Shown: piece by piece, positions 21,201 through 33,200 of the stretch
Layout: each line of letters begins with the position of its first letter
Position numbering within the stretch: position 1 is the first letter of the stretch
Origin: Planctomycetia bacterium
Lineage (GTDB): Bacteria > Planctomycetota > Planctomycetia > JALXBF01 > JBGPMX01
DNA: 64,000 nt
Reading direction: 5' to 3'
NCBI GenBank assembly: GCA_036758585.1
Contig: DAIOWH010000003.1
Coordinates: 6,152-70,151, forward strand
Made by a program: the position numbers and the translations under genes
The notes under the pieces: model-generated
Seen by the model: the letters and a program-made list of their open reading frames with translations, nothing else
What the model was told of the DNA's origin: nothing
Databases searched by the model: none

Positions 21201-24200
21201 GATCACAGGCTGGCCGGCCGGCGCCACGGTTCAGCCGATTGTGGGCGACTGGGATCCGGCCGGGATCAGGCCGCCCGACGGCATCGACGACCTGGGCACC
21301 TACGACACCGAGACGGACCCGGCCGATGCAGACAGTCGTACGTTCCACCTCGACCTGAACGGCAACGAGCAAGACGACGACGGCACGATCAACTTCACGA
21401 CGACGTTGCCAACTCGCGGGCCCACGCTGCCGGTGGTCGGTCATTGGGATCCGGCTGTCTTCGGCACCCAGATCGGCGTGGCAGGGTTTTCCAGCCGCGC
21501 GACGTGGTCTCAAACGAACTTTGCGTCGGGCACGGCCGTGGCCACCCTGGGCTTCCAATCGGTGACCGGTCTCGACTTTGCCGACTTCGGCCCGACCGGT
21601 CGCTCGGGCAGCGGCACGCTGTACGGCACCGCCACGCGCAACGAGAACGTGCCCGGCCTCGCCGCGGCACAGCGCTCGCAGGGCATGATCGTCATCCACC
21701 CGCAGGTGTTGGCCGACCCGCGCGGCAACGTCCCGACCGCGGCAAACGCCGGGTTCGTCGGATTCTTCAAGACCGGCCCGTTCTCAGCGTCGATCTTCGA
21801 GGCCAACTCGGTCGCCGTCACCACGTGCTCCACACCCGCGCCGGCCGGCTTGGGCGCGGTGCAGTGCCCGATCAATCCCGATTCATACAACACGATCGTG
21901 TTCGGTCGGCCCAGCGTCTACGACCTCGACGCCGACTCGCGGCCCGACGTAGTCACCGCCAACGCCGGCACGCAGCAAGGCGCGGCCGCCACCGGCGACA
22001 ACGTCTCGGTGCTGTTCAATACCACGAATATCGCCGGCCAGGGTACGCTCGCGCCGACGCCCAACGCGACCGTCGACACCGCCACGGGCGTCACCTTCCG
22101 CGCGCCCGAACGGTTCGCAACCACCGTGCTCGATCCGACCACCGGTCTGCCGGTGCGCGGCATCGACCCGCACGACCTGAGCCTGGTCGACACCGGCGGC
22201 CCGCGATCGCTGATCAATGACGTCGACGGCGACGGCGTTTTTGACGCGGCCAGCGACGCGAGCGTGCCGATCCGCGACATCACCACGGTCAACCGATTCC
22301 TCGGCGACGTCAGCACGCTGGTGAACCAGAATCCCACGTCGCTGCTGGCCGAGGCGCTCGATGCGCCGAGCACGACGTGTACGGGGGCCGGGCCGACCAA
22401 CTTCGCCACCGGGGCCGTGGCCGGCGCCTGGGGAATCGACAACACGTTCGGCCAGGGATTCGGCGAATGGAAGTGCAGCAATGGCCGATCGCTGACGCTC
22501 GGCCACACGCCGCTCCAGAGCTTCTACTACGGCGGCAACGAGACGTCGGTCGGCGGCGGCAGCTACAGCGCCAGCACCGAAGGCGTGCTGTACACTCGCG
22601 ACGTCGTGCTGCCGGTCGTCGGACCGGGCCAGCAGATCGTGCTCAACTTCAACAGCTTCCTGTCGATGGAGGCGGGCGGCGAGATCGCCGAGGTGTTCGC
22701 CGTGGACGCGACCACGCTGGCCCCGATCACCAACAACCCGAACAACTCGGCCGGCCAGCAGGCGGTGTCACAGTTTGTGGCCCGCGCCGCCGATGGCACG
22801 CTGAACGCCAACAGCGGCGCGTTCGTCGCCGAGAGCTTCGACATATCGCGGTTCCAACAGATGAACGTGCGGTTCGCGTTCCGGTTCCGCGCCAACGCCG
22901 CCGTCGAACTGGAAGGCTGGTACGTCGACGACCTGGTGGTGACGCCCAGCCAGTTCCTGCCGCACAGCGCCTCGCCGTTCCCAGTGGGCCGCGAGCGCGA
23001 CCAGGCGGGCCCGGTCGCCATCGTCGCCGGCCACATGAACGACGACAACAACGACGGCGTGCTTGGCCAGGTGTTCGATCGCGACGGCCGCATCGTCCGC
23101 AACGACTCGATCGACTTCCTGACGGCCAACAGCGAAGACGGTTACACGCTGCCCGAAGCGGTCCGGCCTCAAGGGCGGTTGCAGATCAAGAATTCAACGT
23201 TCTTGCACTCGTCGGCCTCGGCGCTGGAACTCGGACCTACCACGGCGGTCGTCTGCAGCGGCGGTGCGCCGCCGAACAACAACCCGCCGTGCAGCCAGCC
23301 GACGCCCGACGGAATGCGCCTGTTGCCGGTCGCCACCGACCTGGCGCCCGGCGTCGAGGTGCTGAACAACGTGTTCATCGCCAACACCACCGGCGTGCGC
23401 CTGCAGGGCAATCTGTCGGCGACGAACACCGCGCAGTTCCCGCCCGCTACGTCGATACCGAAACCGTTTGCACACATCGTCAACAACAGCTTCTCGCGCA
23501 ATGGGACCGGCATCAACGTTTCCGACGGCGGCGGCCCGACGATTCGCAACAACTCGATCGCCTACACCTCGGGCACCGGTTTGGCGGTCGACGTCGCGTC
23601 GCAGAACACAACGATCGTCAGCTTCAACCTGTTCCATCTGAACGGCACCAACGCCACGGCCGGCTTGAACAACAACAACGCCGTGCTGGGCGACCCGCGG
23701 TACGTGAACCCGGGCGAAGACGTGAACCGCAACGGCGTGCTCGACCCCGGCGAAGACGCCGACGGCGACATGGTGCTCGACGTGGGCGACCTGCGCATCC
23801 AGGTCGGGTCCAAGGCGATCGACGCCGCGCTGTCGAACGACGACGACCGGCTCGAGGCCGCACGCAACGCCAGCAATCGCAACTCGCTGGTCGGCGGCAA
23901 CCGCGTCTTCCCCACGCCGCTGGCCAATCCGGAACGGCTGCGCCCCGAGGTGCTGTTCGGCGCCGAGCGCGTCATCACCAACGATCCGCAGCCCGGCGAC
24001 TTCGTGACGCTCGACCACGACGGGTTCGAGCGGGTCGACGACCCGAACACCACCAACGTCGGCGTCGGCACCGATCCGTTCTTCGATATCGGCGGCTACG
24101 ACCTGCGCGACCTGGTGCGCCCGCTCATCGAAAGCTTCGCCATCAGCGTGGCCAGCGACACCGGCGAACAAAACGAATCGCAGCCGTTCGTGAGCCGGCA

Positions 24201-27200
24201 AAACCAGCCCACGTTCCACGGCCTCCTGACCGACAACTCCAACGACGTCGACGGCCTGCGCGTCGAACTCGAGATAGACGGCGACGGCCTGTTCGACGAC
24301 GGCTCGGCCTTCACCAGCATCGTGCGCGACGCCGACGGCAATCCGGTGTTCCTCGCCGGCACCAGCCTGATACTGGCCGAGTTCTTCATCTCGCCCAACA
24401 CTCCGCTGGCCGATACGTCGAGCCAACTGGTCGAGGTGCGCGTGCGCGACCGCAGCGACAACGTGTCGTTCGTGCGCCGCAACTCGTTCGGCGTCGACAC
24501 GGTGACGCCTCAGGCCAACCGCGCCACGCTGCCCAGCCCGCAACAAGTGTTGATCGAACTGACCGAACCGGTGCGTCTGACCCCCGACGGACTGGTTGCC
24601 TACTATCAACTCGAGGGCAACCCAGGCTCGAACCCCATTCTGACCGCGCGCGACCTGTCGCTGTTCCTGAACCACGCGACGGCGTCGGGCACGGTCTTCA
24701 CGATCGAAGATTCCAACGTCACCGGCCAGACCCCGATCGGATGCTCGACTCTGGGCGTGAGCACCGAGTGCTCGTCGTCGAGCGCGCTGTTCCGCGGGCC
24801 GTCCGACAACTCGGCCGAGATCGAGCCGTTCCTGGTGACCGAGATGCCGACGCCGAACGCCGACCTGCTCTACCGGGCCAAGGCGCCTGGCGCGGCCGGC
24901 AACGCAATCTCGATCGAGTACCGCAATTCCGTGTTGGGCAACGCGGTGCTCGATGCGTCGGACGTCGTCATCACGGGTACGGCGGTGGTCGTGAATCTGG
25001 CCACCGACGGCGCAGGCAACGTGCTGGCGGCGAACACGGCCGCGGCGGTCCGCGACGCGATCAACGCCAGCGCGGCGGTCACCGGCGGATCGGCCTTCCT
25101 CGAGCGGGTCGTGCTGCCCACCACGAGCGACGGAACAGGCGTGGTCAGCGTGATGGGTCCGCAGTTCCTGGCCGGCTCGCGCCCGATCATTCAGGCGCCC
25201 GACAACCTCGACCAGACGCTCGACCTGTTCCCCAATGCGAGCCTGCGCACCGCGCTGCCGCTCGACGACGACGATCTGTTCTTCGTGTCCAAACTGCCCG
25301 GCCGGGCCGGCAACGGAATCCTGATCGAGTACTTCAATCCGGGCGCCAGCAACCCCACCGAGTCGGTGTCGGTCACACGCAGGCGGGCCAACCTGACGAC
25401 CAACCTGCCCGGCGCGAACAACGACCTGCGTTTCACCGCCACGGCGACAAACGACGGGGCCATCGGCAACAACATCCGCATCCGCTACGTGGTCCAGGGC
25501 GCCAACACACCGCTGTCGGTCGCTGTCAGCGGCACTGACATCACCGTCAACGCGCAGACCGACGGCTTGGGCAATGCGATCAGCACGGCCTCCCAGGTGC
25601 GCAATCTCATCCTGACCAACGGCTCGGCCGGCGCCGTCGCGGCGCGAGCTCTTGTGGGCGTTGCCCTGCCCACCGGCAACAACGGCACCGGCGTCATCAG
25701 CCCACTCGACTTCACCAACTTGTCGAACGGCACCGACACGATCCGCGTCACGCTGGCGACCGACGCCAACACCAACTCGCTCACGCTCGCGTCCACCGTG
25801 AAATCTCTGATCGAAGCCGCTACGGTCGCACCGAACAATGCCAACGATCTCGTGAGCGTCTCGTTCGCCGAGACCGGTGGCACTGACCTGGTCCACGACC
25901 TCGTTCCGCAGCGACTGGCGGGCGGCGCGGGCGAGTTCTCGATCATGATGCTCGTGAACCCGCGCGACCACGGCAACGATCCGGCCTACGGCGACCCGCT
26001 GGTGCGCCCGCTGCTGTCGAAGCACACGCTGGGCATCCAAGACGGCGGCTGGGAACTGTTCCTGGAAGACGACCTCGACAACCCCGGCAACGAGATCGCC
26101 GCGTTCCGCGTGTACCCGGTCGGCGGCAACACGACGGCCAGCTTCACCAGCGACTTCGAGGGCACCGACAACGATCTGGTGTTCACTTCGCTGGCCAAGG
26201 ACGCGACGGCCAACGACATTTCGGTGCAGTTGCTGGCGCCGGCCGCCGGCACGGCGGCGAACACCGCGCCGACGGTCAACGTGGTGCGAACACAGGCGTC
26301 TCTGACCACGGCGCTGGCCGAGGGCGAGAACGACCTGGTCTTCCAGGCCCAAATGGCCTCGCGGCCCGGCGGCACCGGCAACGCCATCCGGATCGCCTAC
26401 GTCGTCAGCGGACGCAACACGCCGCTCAGCGTGACCGTGCCGCGTGCTAGCGTCTCGGGCGTCGGCACGGTCGTCGGCCAAGACATCATCGTGAACGTCG
26501 CGACCGACGCGGCCGGTCTGCCGATCAGCACGGCCGCCGAGATCGAAAACTTCATTGAGACGGACGTGTCCCAGGGCGCTCAGGACGCCCGGGCGCTCGT
26601 GACGGTCAATCCGGCCCCCGGCAGCGACGGTACCGGCTTTGTGCGGGCGTTCCCGTTGACCAACCTCGCCGGCGGGCGCGACGAGATCCGCATCACGCTC
26701 GGCACCGACGCATCGGGCGCCATCGGCAGTTCGGCGAACGCCGTGCGCACGTTGGTCAACATGGACACGACGGCCAACACGCTCGTCGGCGTCACTCAAG
26801 CGGCCGGCAGCGCGACGGGCATCGGCCTGATCACCACGCCGATCGCGGCCCAGTTCCTCACGGGCGGCTCGAACACCCAGACGGTGCGCAGTACCGGCCG
26901 GTTGCCGATCCGCACCGGCGAGTGGCGGCACCTGACGTTCACCTACAATCCGGGCACTCAACTGTTCCGCGTCTTCGTCGACGGCCAGCTCGAACTCGAG
27001 GCCGCAACGCCCGACGAGGGCGGGTCGCAGGGCATGGCCATCTCGAACACTACGCCTTCGGTGCGCATCGGCCAGCTCGACGGGCCGTTCCCAACGTTCG
27101 ACGGCCTGATGGACGAGCTGTCGCTCTGGCGACGCGATCTGGCTCAGGAAGAGATTAACCGGTTCCGCAACCGTGAACTGCCGGTCAGCGTCGAACTGCT

Positions 27201-30200
27201 CGCGGCCGGCGGCACCAGCGACCCCAACGGCGACAACGACCTGTTCAACGACGGCAACGAAGTGGTGATCCCGATCACTTCGTTCAACGTCAACAACAGC
27301 TACTGGACCGACGCCAACCTCAACAACATCATCGACGGCAACGAAATCAAGCACCTGGTGACGCTGACCGTCGCCGACCCGCGCACACCGAACCCGCCGG
27401 TGCCGATCACGCCCGGCGAGCTGGCGACCGATCGCTACCAACTGCGGCTGCTGAGCAACGCGGCCAACACCGACCAGGCCGGCAACATCCTGGACGCGGC
27501 CACCTTTGTCCTGGCGGTTGACCACAACGACAAGCCGGAATTCGCCGAGGAGTTTGGCGAGATCGTACACCGCTTCGATCCGAGCCTGACGATCACGCCG
27601 GGCGACGAGGACTGGTACAAGTTCACCGCGGCGGTGGACGGCACGGTCAGCCTGCGGCTGACGCTGAGCGACCCGCGCGGCAACGGCGTGCTCGATTGCG
27701 GCGCCGACCTGGTGTGCGGCACCGGCGACGCGGGCGACGAGGACCTGGACAACGATGGATCGCTCGATCCGGGCGAAGACCTGCCCGACGGAGTGCTGCG
27801 CGAAGACGAGACGCTGCGGCTGCAGATTTACGATTCGTCCCTGCCGACTCCGACACTGCTCGGCGAGGGCACGGTGAACGCCCTGACGTTCGAGGTGCGA
27901 CTCGACGACTTCACCACCGACGACGGACCCGGCACGGCGAACGGCCGCGAGTTCTTCATCCGCGTCTGCGGTCTGCCCACGGCGGCTGAGACGGCGACGG
28001 GCAGTCCGTTCACACCGGCGGGTTACCCCAACGGCTGCAGCGACGTATCAGGAAACGACTACAACCTCGACCTGATCGTGCACGACCGGTTCGAGCGATT
28101 GAACAGCGCGCACGAGCTTTATGCGTCGCGGCCGACGGTCAACGCGCCGCTGATGATCGTCGATTACACGTCGGCGTTGGCGCCGCCTCTGGGCAGCGCG
28201 ACCAACCGCACTGGCCCGGTCACTACGCTGACCCCGCTGGGCGACATCGACTTCGACGACTCCGGACGGCTCTACGCCGGCACGATCAACGGCGGCAACT
28301 CGATCGTCCGCCTGCACCCCGACTTCGGCTCGGTCATTCAAACGATCACGCTGTCGCCGGCGACCGGGTTCACGTTCCCCGCGCCCGGCACCGCGTCGGT
28401 GACGGCGATTGAGTTCCAGCCGGGCACGGGCGCCGTGTTCGCCGCGCTGATGTTCGGCGGCGCTGGTTCAACGTTGGCGACCGTCGATCTCTCCACCGGA
28501 CAGGTTACGCCGGTCGGCGGCGCGTTCGGCAACACAGGTGTCGGCGCTATCGGCGGCCTGGCGTTCGACCCCGCCGACCCGACGGGCGGCACGCTGCTGG
28601 CCGTCACCGAGTCGGGTGCGTCGAGCGGCCTCTTGGTAACGCTCGACCTGACGACCGGTCTGGCCACCTCGATCAACACCACGGGCTTCACCGACGTGTC
28701 GGGCCTCGAGTTCCACCCGCTCACGGGCAAGCTGTACGCGACGTTGGGCCCGAACGAGAGCACCACCGGCGCCGGCCGACCGGGCGACCTGGTGATCATC
28801 GACCCGGTGACGCCGACCTGCGGCCTCGGCACGACCGCGGTCGTCGGCGTGGTCGGCTGCGGCGGCCTGGGCACGAACGTCGCGCTCAACGGCGTGTCGT
28901 TCCGGCCGCGCGGCAACGATACGCCGATCTCGACGACCGGCCTGCCGACCAATACGACCGAAGAACTGGTTCACGTCGTGGACGCGCCGAGCAACACGCG
29001 CAACCTGACGCTGCCGCTGCACAACCCGCTCGAGACGGGCGTGCAAGACGATGAAGACTGGTACACGTTCACGGTCCGCGCCGACAACGGCCAGATCACG
29101 GTGCGCATCGACCTGCGCGACCGCAACGGCGACGGTTCACTTGGCCTCGACGAGCGGCTCGGCCTCGAGCTGTACACGCCGCTCGACCTGGTCACGCCGG
29201 TTCAGGTCGGCATCGTGTCGAACACGTTCAGCGTGGTGGCGGCCGACGTGGCGGCTGGGCGCGGCGATGTGTTCCTGGCCCGCGTCTTCGGCAACCCGGG
29301 CTTCAACGAATACGATCTGGAAATCTTCAACGACGACCGGCTCGAACCAGTGGTCACGCCCGAGGAGCTGTTCGCGACGTCGACGAATCCGGCCAAGCCG
29401 TTCACCGTGGGCGACGTCACCAGCGGCCCGCAGTTGGTTACGGTCGACACGGCGACCGCGCTGGCAACCGCGGTCGGCCAGACGCTCGCGGCTGGCAGTC
29501 CGACCACGATCGAGGCGATCGATTTCGATGTGGTCGGGAACCTGTATGGCGTGCGCAAGGTCGATGCACCGGACACGCCGGCCGGAACGGACCCCGATAC
29601 CGACGTCGACGATACGCAACTGGTCTTTATCAACCCGTCCGACGGCAGTGTCACGGGCATCGGCTTCGCGATCGATAAGATAATCACCGCGATCGAGTTC
29701 CACCCGGTCACGGGCGAGTTGTTCGGTACGGCGGTGCCGGCGGCCACGCCGAGCAACTCGGAACTGGTGCAAATCGACCAGACCACCGGCGCGGTGACGG
29801 TCATCGGTATGGGGACGACGGTCGGACCGTTGGGCGGCCTGGCGATCCATCCCGACGGCACTTTCTATGCGATCACGTCGGGCGGCGGCGTGCTGGTGCG
29901 ACTCAACACGACCACCGGCGTGGCGACGGTTATCAATCCGACGGGCTTCACCGACGTGTCGGAGCTGGAGTTCGATCCGACGAACACGTTCATGTACGGC
30001 GCGTTGGGGGATCTCGAGAACACGTCGGCGCCGGGGCTGCCCGGCGACCTGGTGCAAATCGATCCGTTCGACGCCAGCAACCCCGTCGTTGTGGGCCCCA
30101 CCGGGTTCGGCGACCTGGGCGCGCTGTCGTTCCGGCCGCGGCGGTTCGGCAACGACACGACCGAGACGGCCACGAGCCTGGGCGACCTGGTGAACGTACA

Positions 30201-33200
30201 CGAGCCGAACCTGACGATCACGCGCGACGGCCTGCAGGGCGCCGCGCCGACGCGGGCCGACCAGGACTTCTACGCGTTCCGCACCACGGTGACGGGCAAG
30301 GTCTTCATCGACGTGCGGCTGCACGACCGCGACAACGACGGCGTGCTCGATCCCGACGAGAAGCCGTCGCTGCAACTGCTCGACGCGGCGGGCGCCACCG
30401 TGTTGGCCACGGGAGTGTACGACTCGACGCTCGACGACGACGGCAACGGCGTGGCCGGCCGTGCGTTCTTCGACCACGTCAGCACAGGCGGGAACAACGA
30501 CCTGCGGTTCCTGGCCGCGGCGACCGGACCGGCGGGCAACAACGTCACCATCGCGATCATCGCCCCCGGCGCGGCCAACCAGCCGCTCACGATCAATGTC
30601 GTGGGCAGCGCGATTACCGTTCAACTCGCGACCAACGCCTCGTCGGTCGTGACGACCACCGCTCAAGGGTTGATCACGGCCATCCAAAACGACGGGGCAG
30701 CCAGCAGCCTGGTGACCGTCCAGGGAACCGGCGATTTCGGCGCCGGCGGCGGTACCGTCACAGCGCTGCCGACGACGAACCTGATGGGCGGCGACACCGA
30801 CGACGGGTTCAGCGTCTACATCACCGAGGTCCCGAACGACCCGGACGCGGGTTACCGCGTGCAACAGGGCGAACGGTTCCGGATCCGTATCGGCAACGAT
30901 GAGGTGCAGACGCTCACGCTGACGGGCGGCGGCGCGACGGACACGTTCACGCTCACGTTCAACGCGGCGACCACGCCGACGCCGTTGGCGCGAACAGCCA
31001 CGGCGGCCCAGGTGCAGACGGCGCTCGAGGCCCTGGCGACCGTCGGCGGCGGCAATGTCACGGTCACCGGTCCGGCGGGCGGGCCGTACAACGTGGCGTT
31101 CCAACAGGCCCGCGGCAATGCGAACCAGCCATTGGTCACCGGCGCGGGCACCGGCGGACTGACCGTCGCGCCGACGGCCGCAGTCGAAGGCGGCAGCGCC
31201 CATGCGGTCTACGACCTGGACATCCAGAACGAAGACCGCTTCGAGTTCAATAACTCGGCCGATCCGAGCGGCAACGCGGGCTTCACACGGCCTCAAGGTC
31301 CAAACACTGTCGGGGCCAACGATGCCACGACAGGACCGACGGTGCCGGCGTTCACCTTCGGCGCGGGCACCACGCAGCCCGATGTGTTCATGCTCGGCGA
31401 TCACGTGATCGTCATGAACGACTTGAACCTGCCGGTGCGCACCAATCGCTCACCCGACGGCACGATCACGGCGTTCAACGACAACGACTTCTACCGGTTC
31501 ACTGCCGCCCGAACGGGAGTACTGCACCTACGCGTCGACCTCAACGACCTCGACGGCAACGGTACGCTCGACTCGGACGAGACGCTGTCGGTGGAGCTAT
31601 TCCGCGGCGCAGTCCTGCAGGCGGTCGCGACCGTGACCGACAGCGTGATGACCGACGGCGACGGCTTCGGCCTGTTCGTCAATGACGTCGTGGCCAGCTT
31701 GGGCGAAGTGTTTACGTTGCGTGTGTTTGGCCAAGGGCCGCTGGCGAACATTCGCGGGTTCACCGATTACGGGCTGACGCTGGGCAACCAAATCGCCATC
31801 ACTGACGACCGGTTCGACCAACCGATTTCGGCCGCGCCGGGCGATCCGCTGGGCCGCAACGATTCCAGCCTGCCCGCGGTCCGCACCGACCTCGGCGTCA
31901 TCTCGCGGTTCGACGACGACACGCTGTCGATCAGCTTCAACGACAACAACGCCAACATCAACAGCCCGCTCAGTCCGGCTGATGGCGACTGGTACCGGTT
32001 CACTGCCAACGCCACTGGCTTCCTCGACATCGGTCTCACCCTGCGCGATCTCGACAACGACACGGTTGCCAGCGCCAACGAGTTGCTCGACTACAGCCTG
32101 TACAGCGACGCCGGCGCATTCATCGGCCAGGCTTCCACGACGGTCGGCGGCCCGCTGCTGCTGTTCGGGTTCAACGAGGTCCAGCGGGTTGCTTTGAGCG
32201 GCGGCATTGGCACAGACACGTTCAATCTGACGTACACCGACGGATCTGGCCCCGAGACGACCACAGACCTTGCGCGAAACGCGACGGCGGCCAACGTCCA
32301 GGCCGCGCTCGAGGCGCTGGCCGGCATCGCGCCGGGCGACGTGTCGGTCAGCGGCGCGGACGGCGGCCCGTATACGATCACGTTCCAGGGCAATCTCGAG
32401 AAGACCGACATCGCACAACTGACGGCCGGCAGCACCGGTTCGCTCAGCGTCGCCGTCACCACCGTTACCGACGGCGGCCGAAACCTGAGCGTCACGGCGA
32501 GCGACACGTTCCTGCTGCAGGTCACAGGCACGAGCCAGCTCAACGTCAACAACTACCGGCTGGAGATTCTGAACCACGACGTGTTTGAGCGTGCGTCGTC
32601 GTCGTTCCCCGACGGCTCAGGCTCGCCCGAGCCGTATCCCGACGACCTGAACAACCGCAACGATTCGGTCGCGTCGGCCACAGATATCGGCACGATCGTA
32701 CACCGGTTCGTCGCCGACTACACGTTGTCCGACCTGACGATCGTGCCGACCGCGCTGGCCAGCCCGTTCTCGGCCACGTCGGGGCCGGCCGACACCGACT
32801 TTTTCTTGATTCAGCCGATGGCCCGCGGATCGCTGACGATGCGGATGGATCTGGACGACCCGGACGGCGACGGCACGCTGGACCCATTGGAGAATCTGCA
32901 GCTTGCGATCATGGCGCGTGGGGTCACCTGCCCGACCAGCGCCGGATTCACCGCACTGGCCACGGCCGCGTCGGTGACGGGCGCCCCGTTCAGTACGGCG
33001 ATCACGGACTTCGCCGTCAACGAGGACGAGTGTCTGTTGGTGCGCGTACGTGCGCCGCAGTTCGGAGCGCCGTTCTCGGCCAACGGCTACCGACTCCAGT
33101 TCACCAACCACGACGCCTTCGAACAGACGGCGAGTGCATTCCCAGTCGGCGATGGCATCTTCCCCGACGATCCCGACCGGCGCAACGACAACCTGCTGCA

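Noticed and set aside
23194-27570. 1,458-aa minus-strand ORF (and similar long antisense ORFs at 12106-15960, 5515-8571, 51595-54537, 32617-35226, 16345-18786, 36712-38751 etc.)
   Set aside because: All lie inside the giant plus-strand genes and translate to Arg/Gly/Ala/Val-rich junk without domain signatures. High GC3 bias in the sense frame suppresses stop codons on the opposite strand. Their length is an artefact, not evidence of coding.
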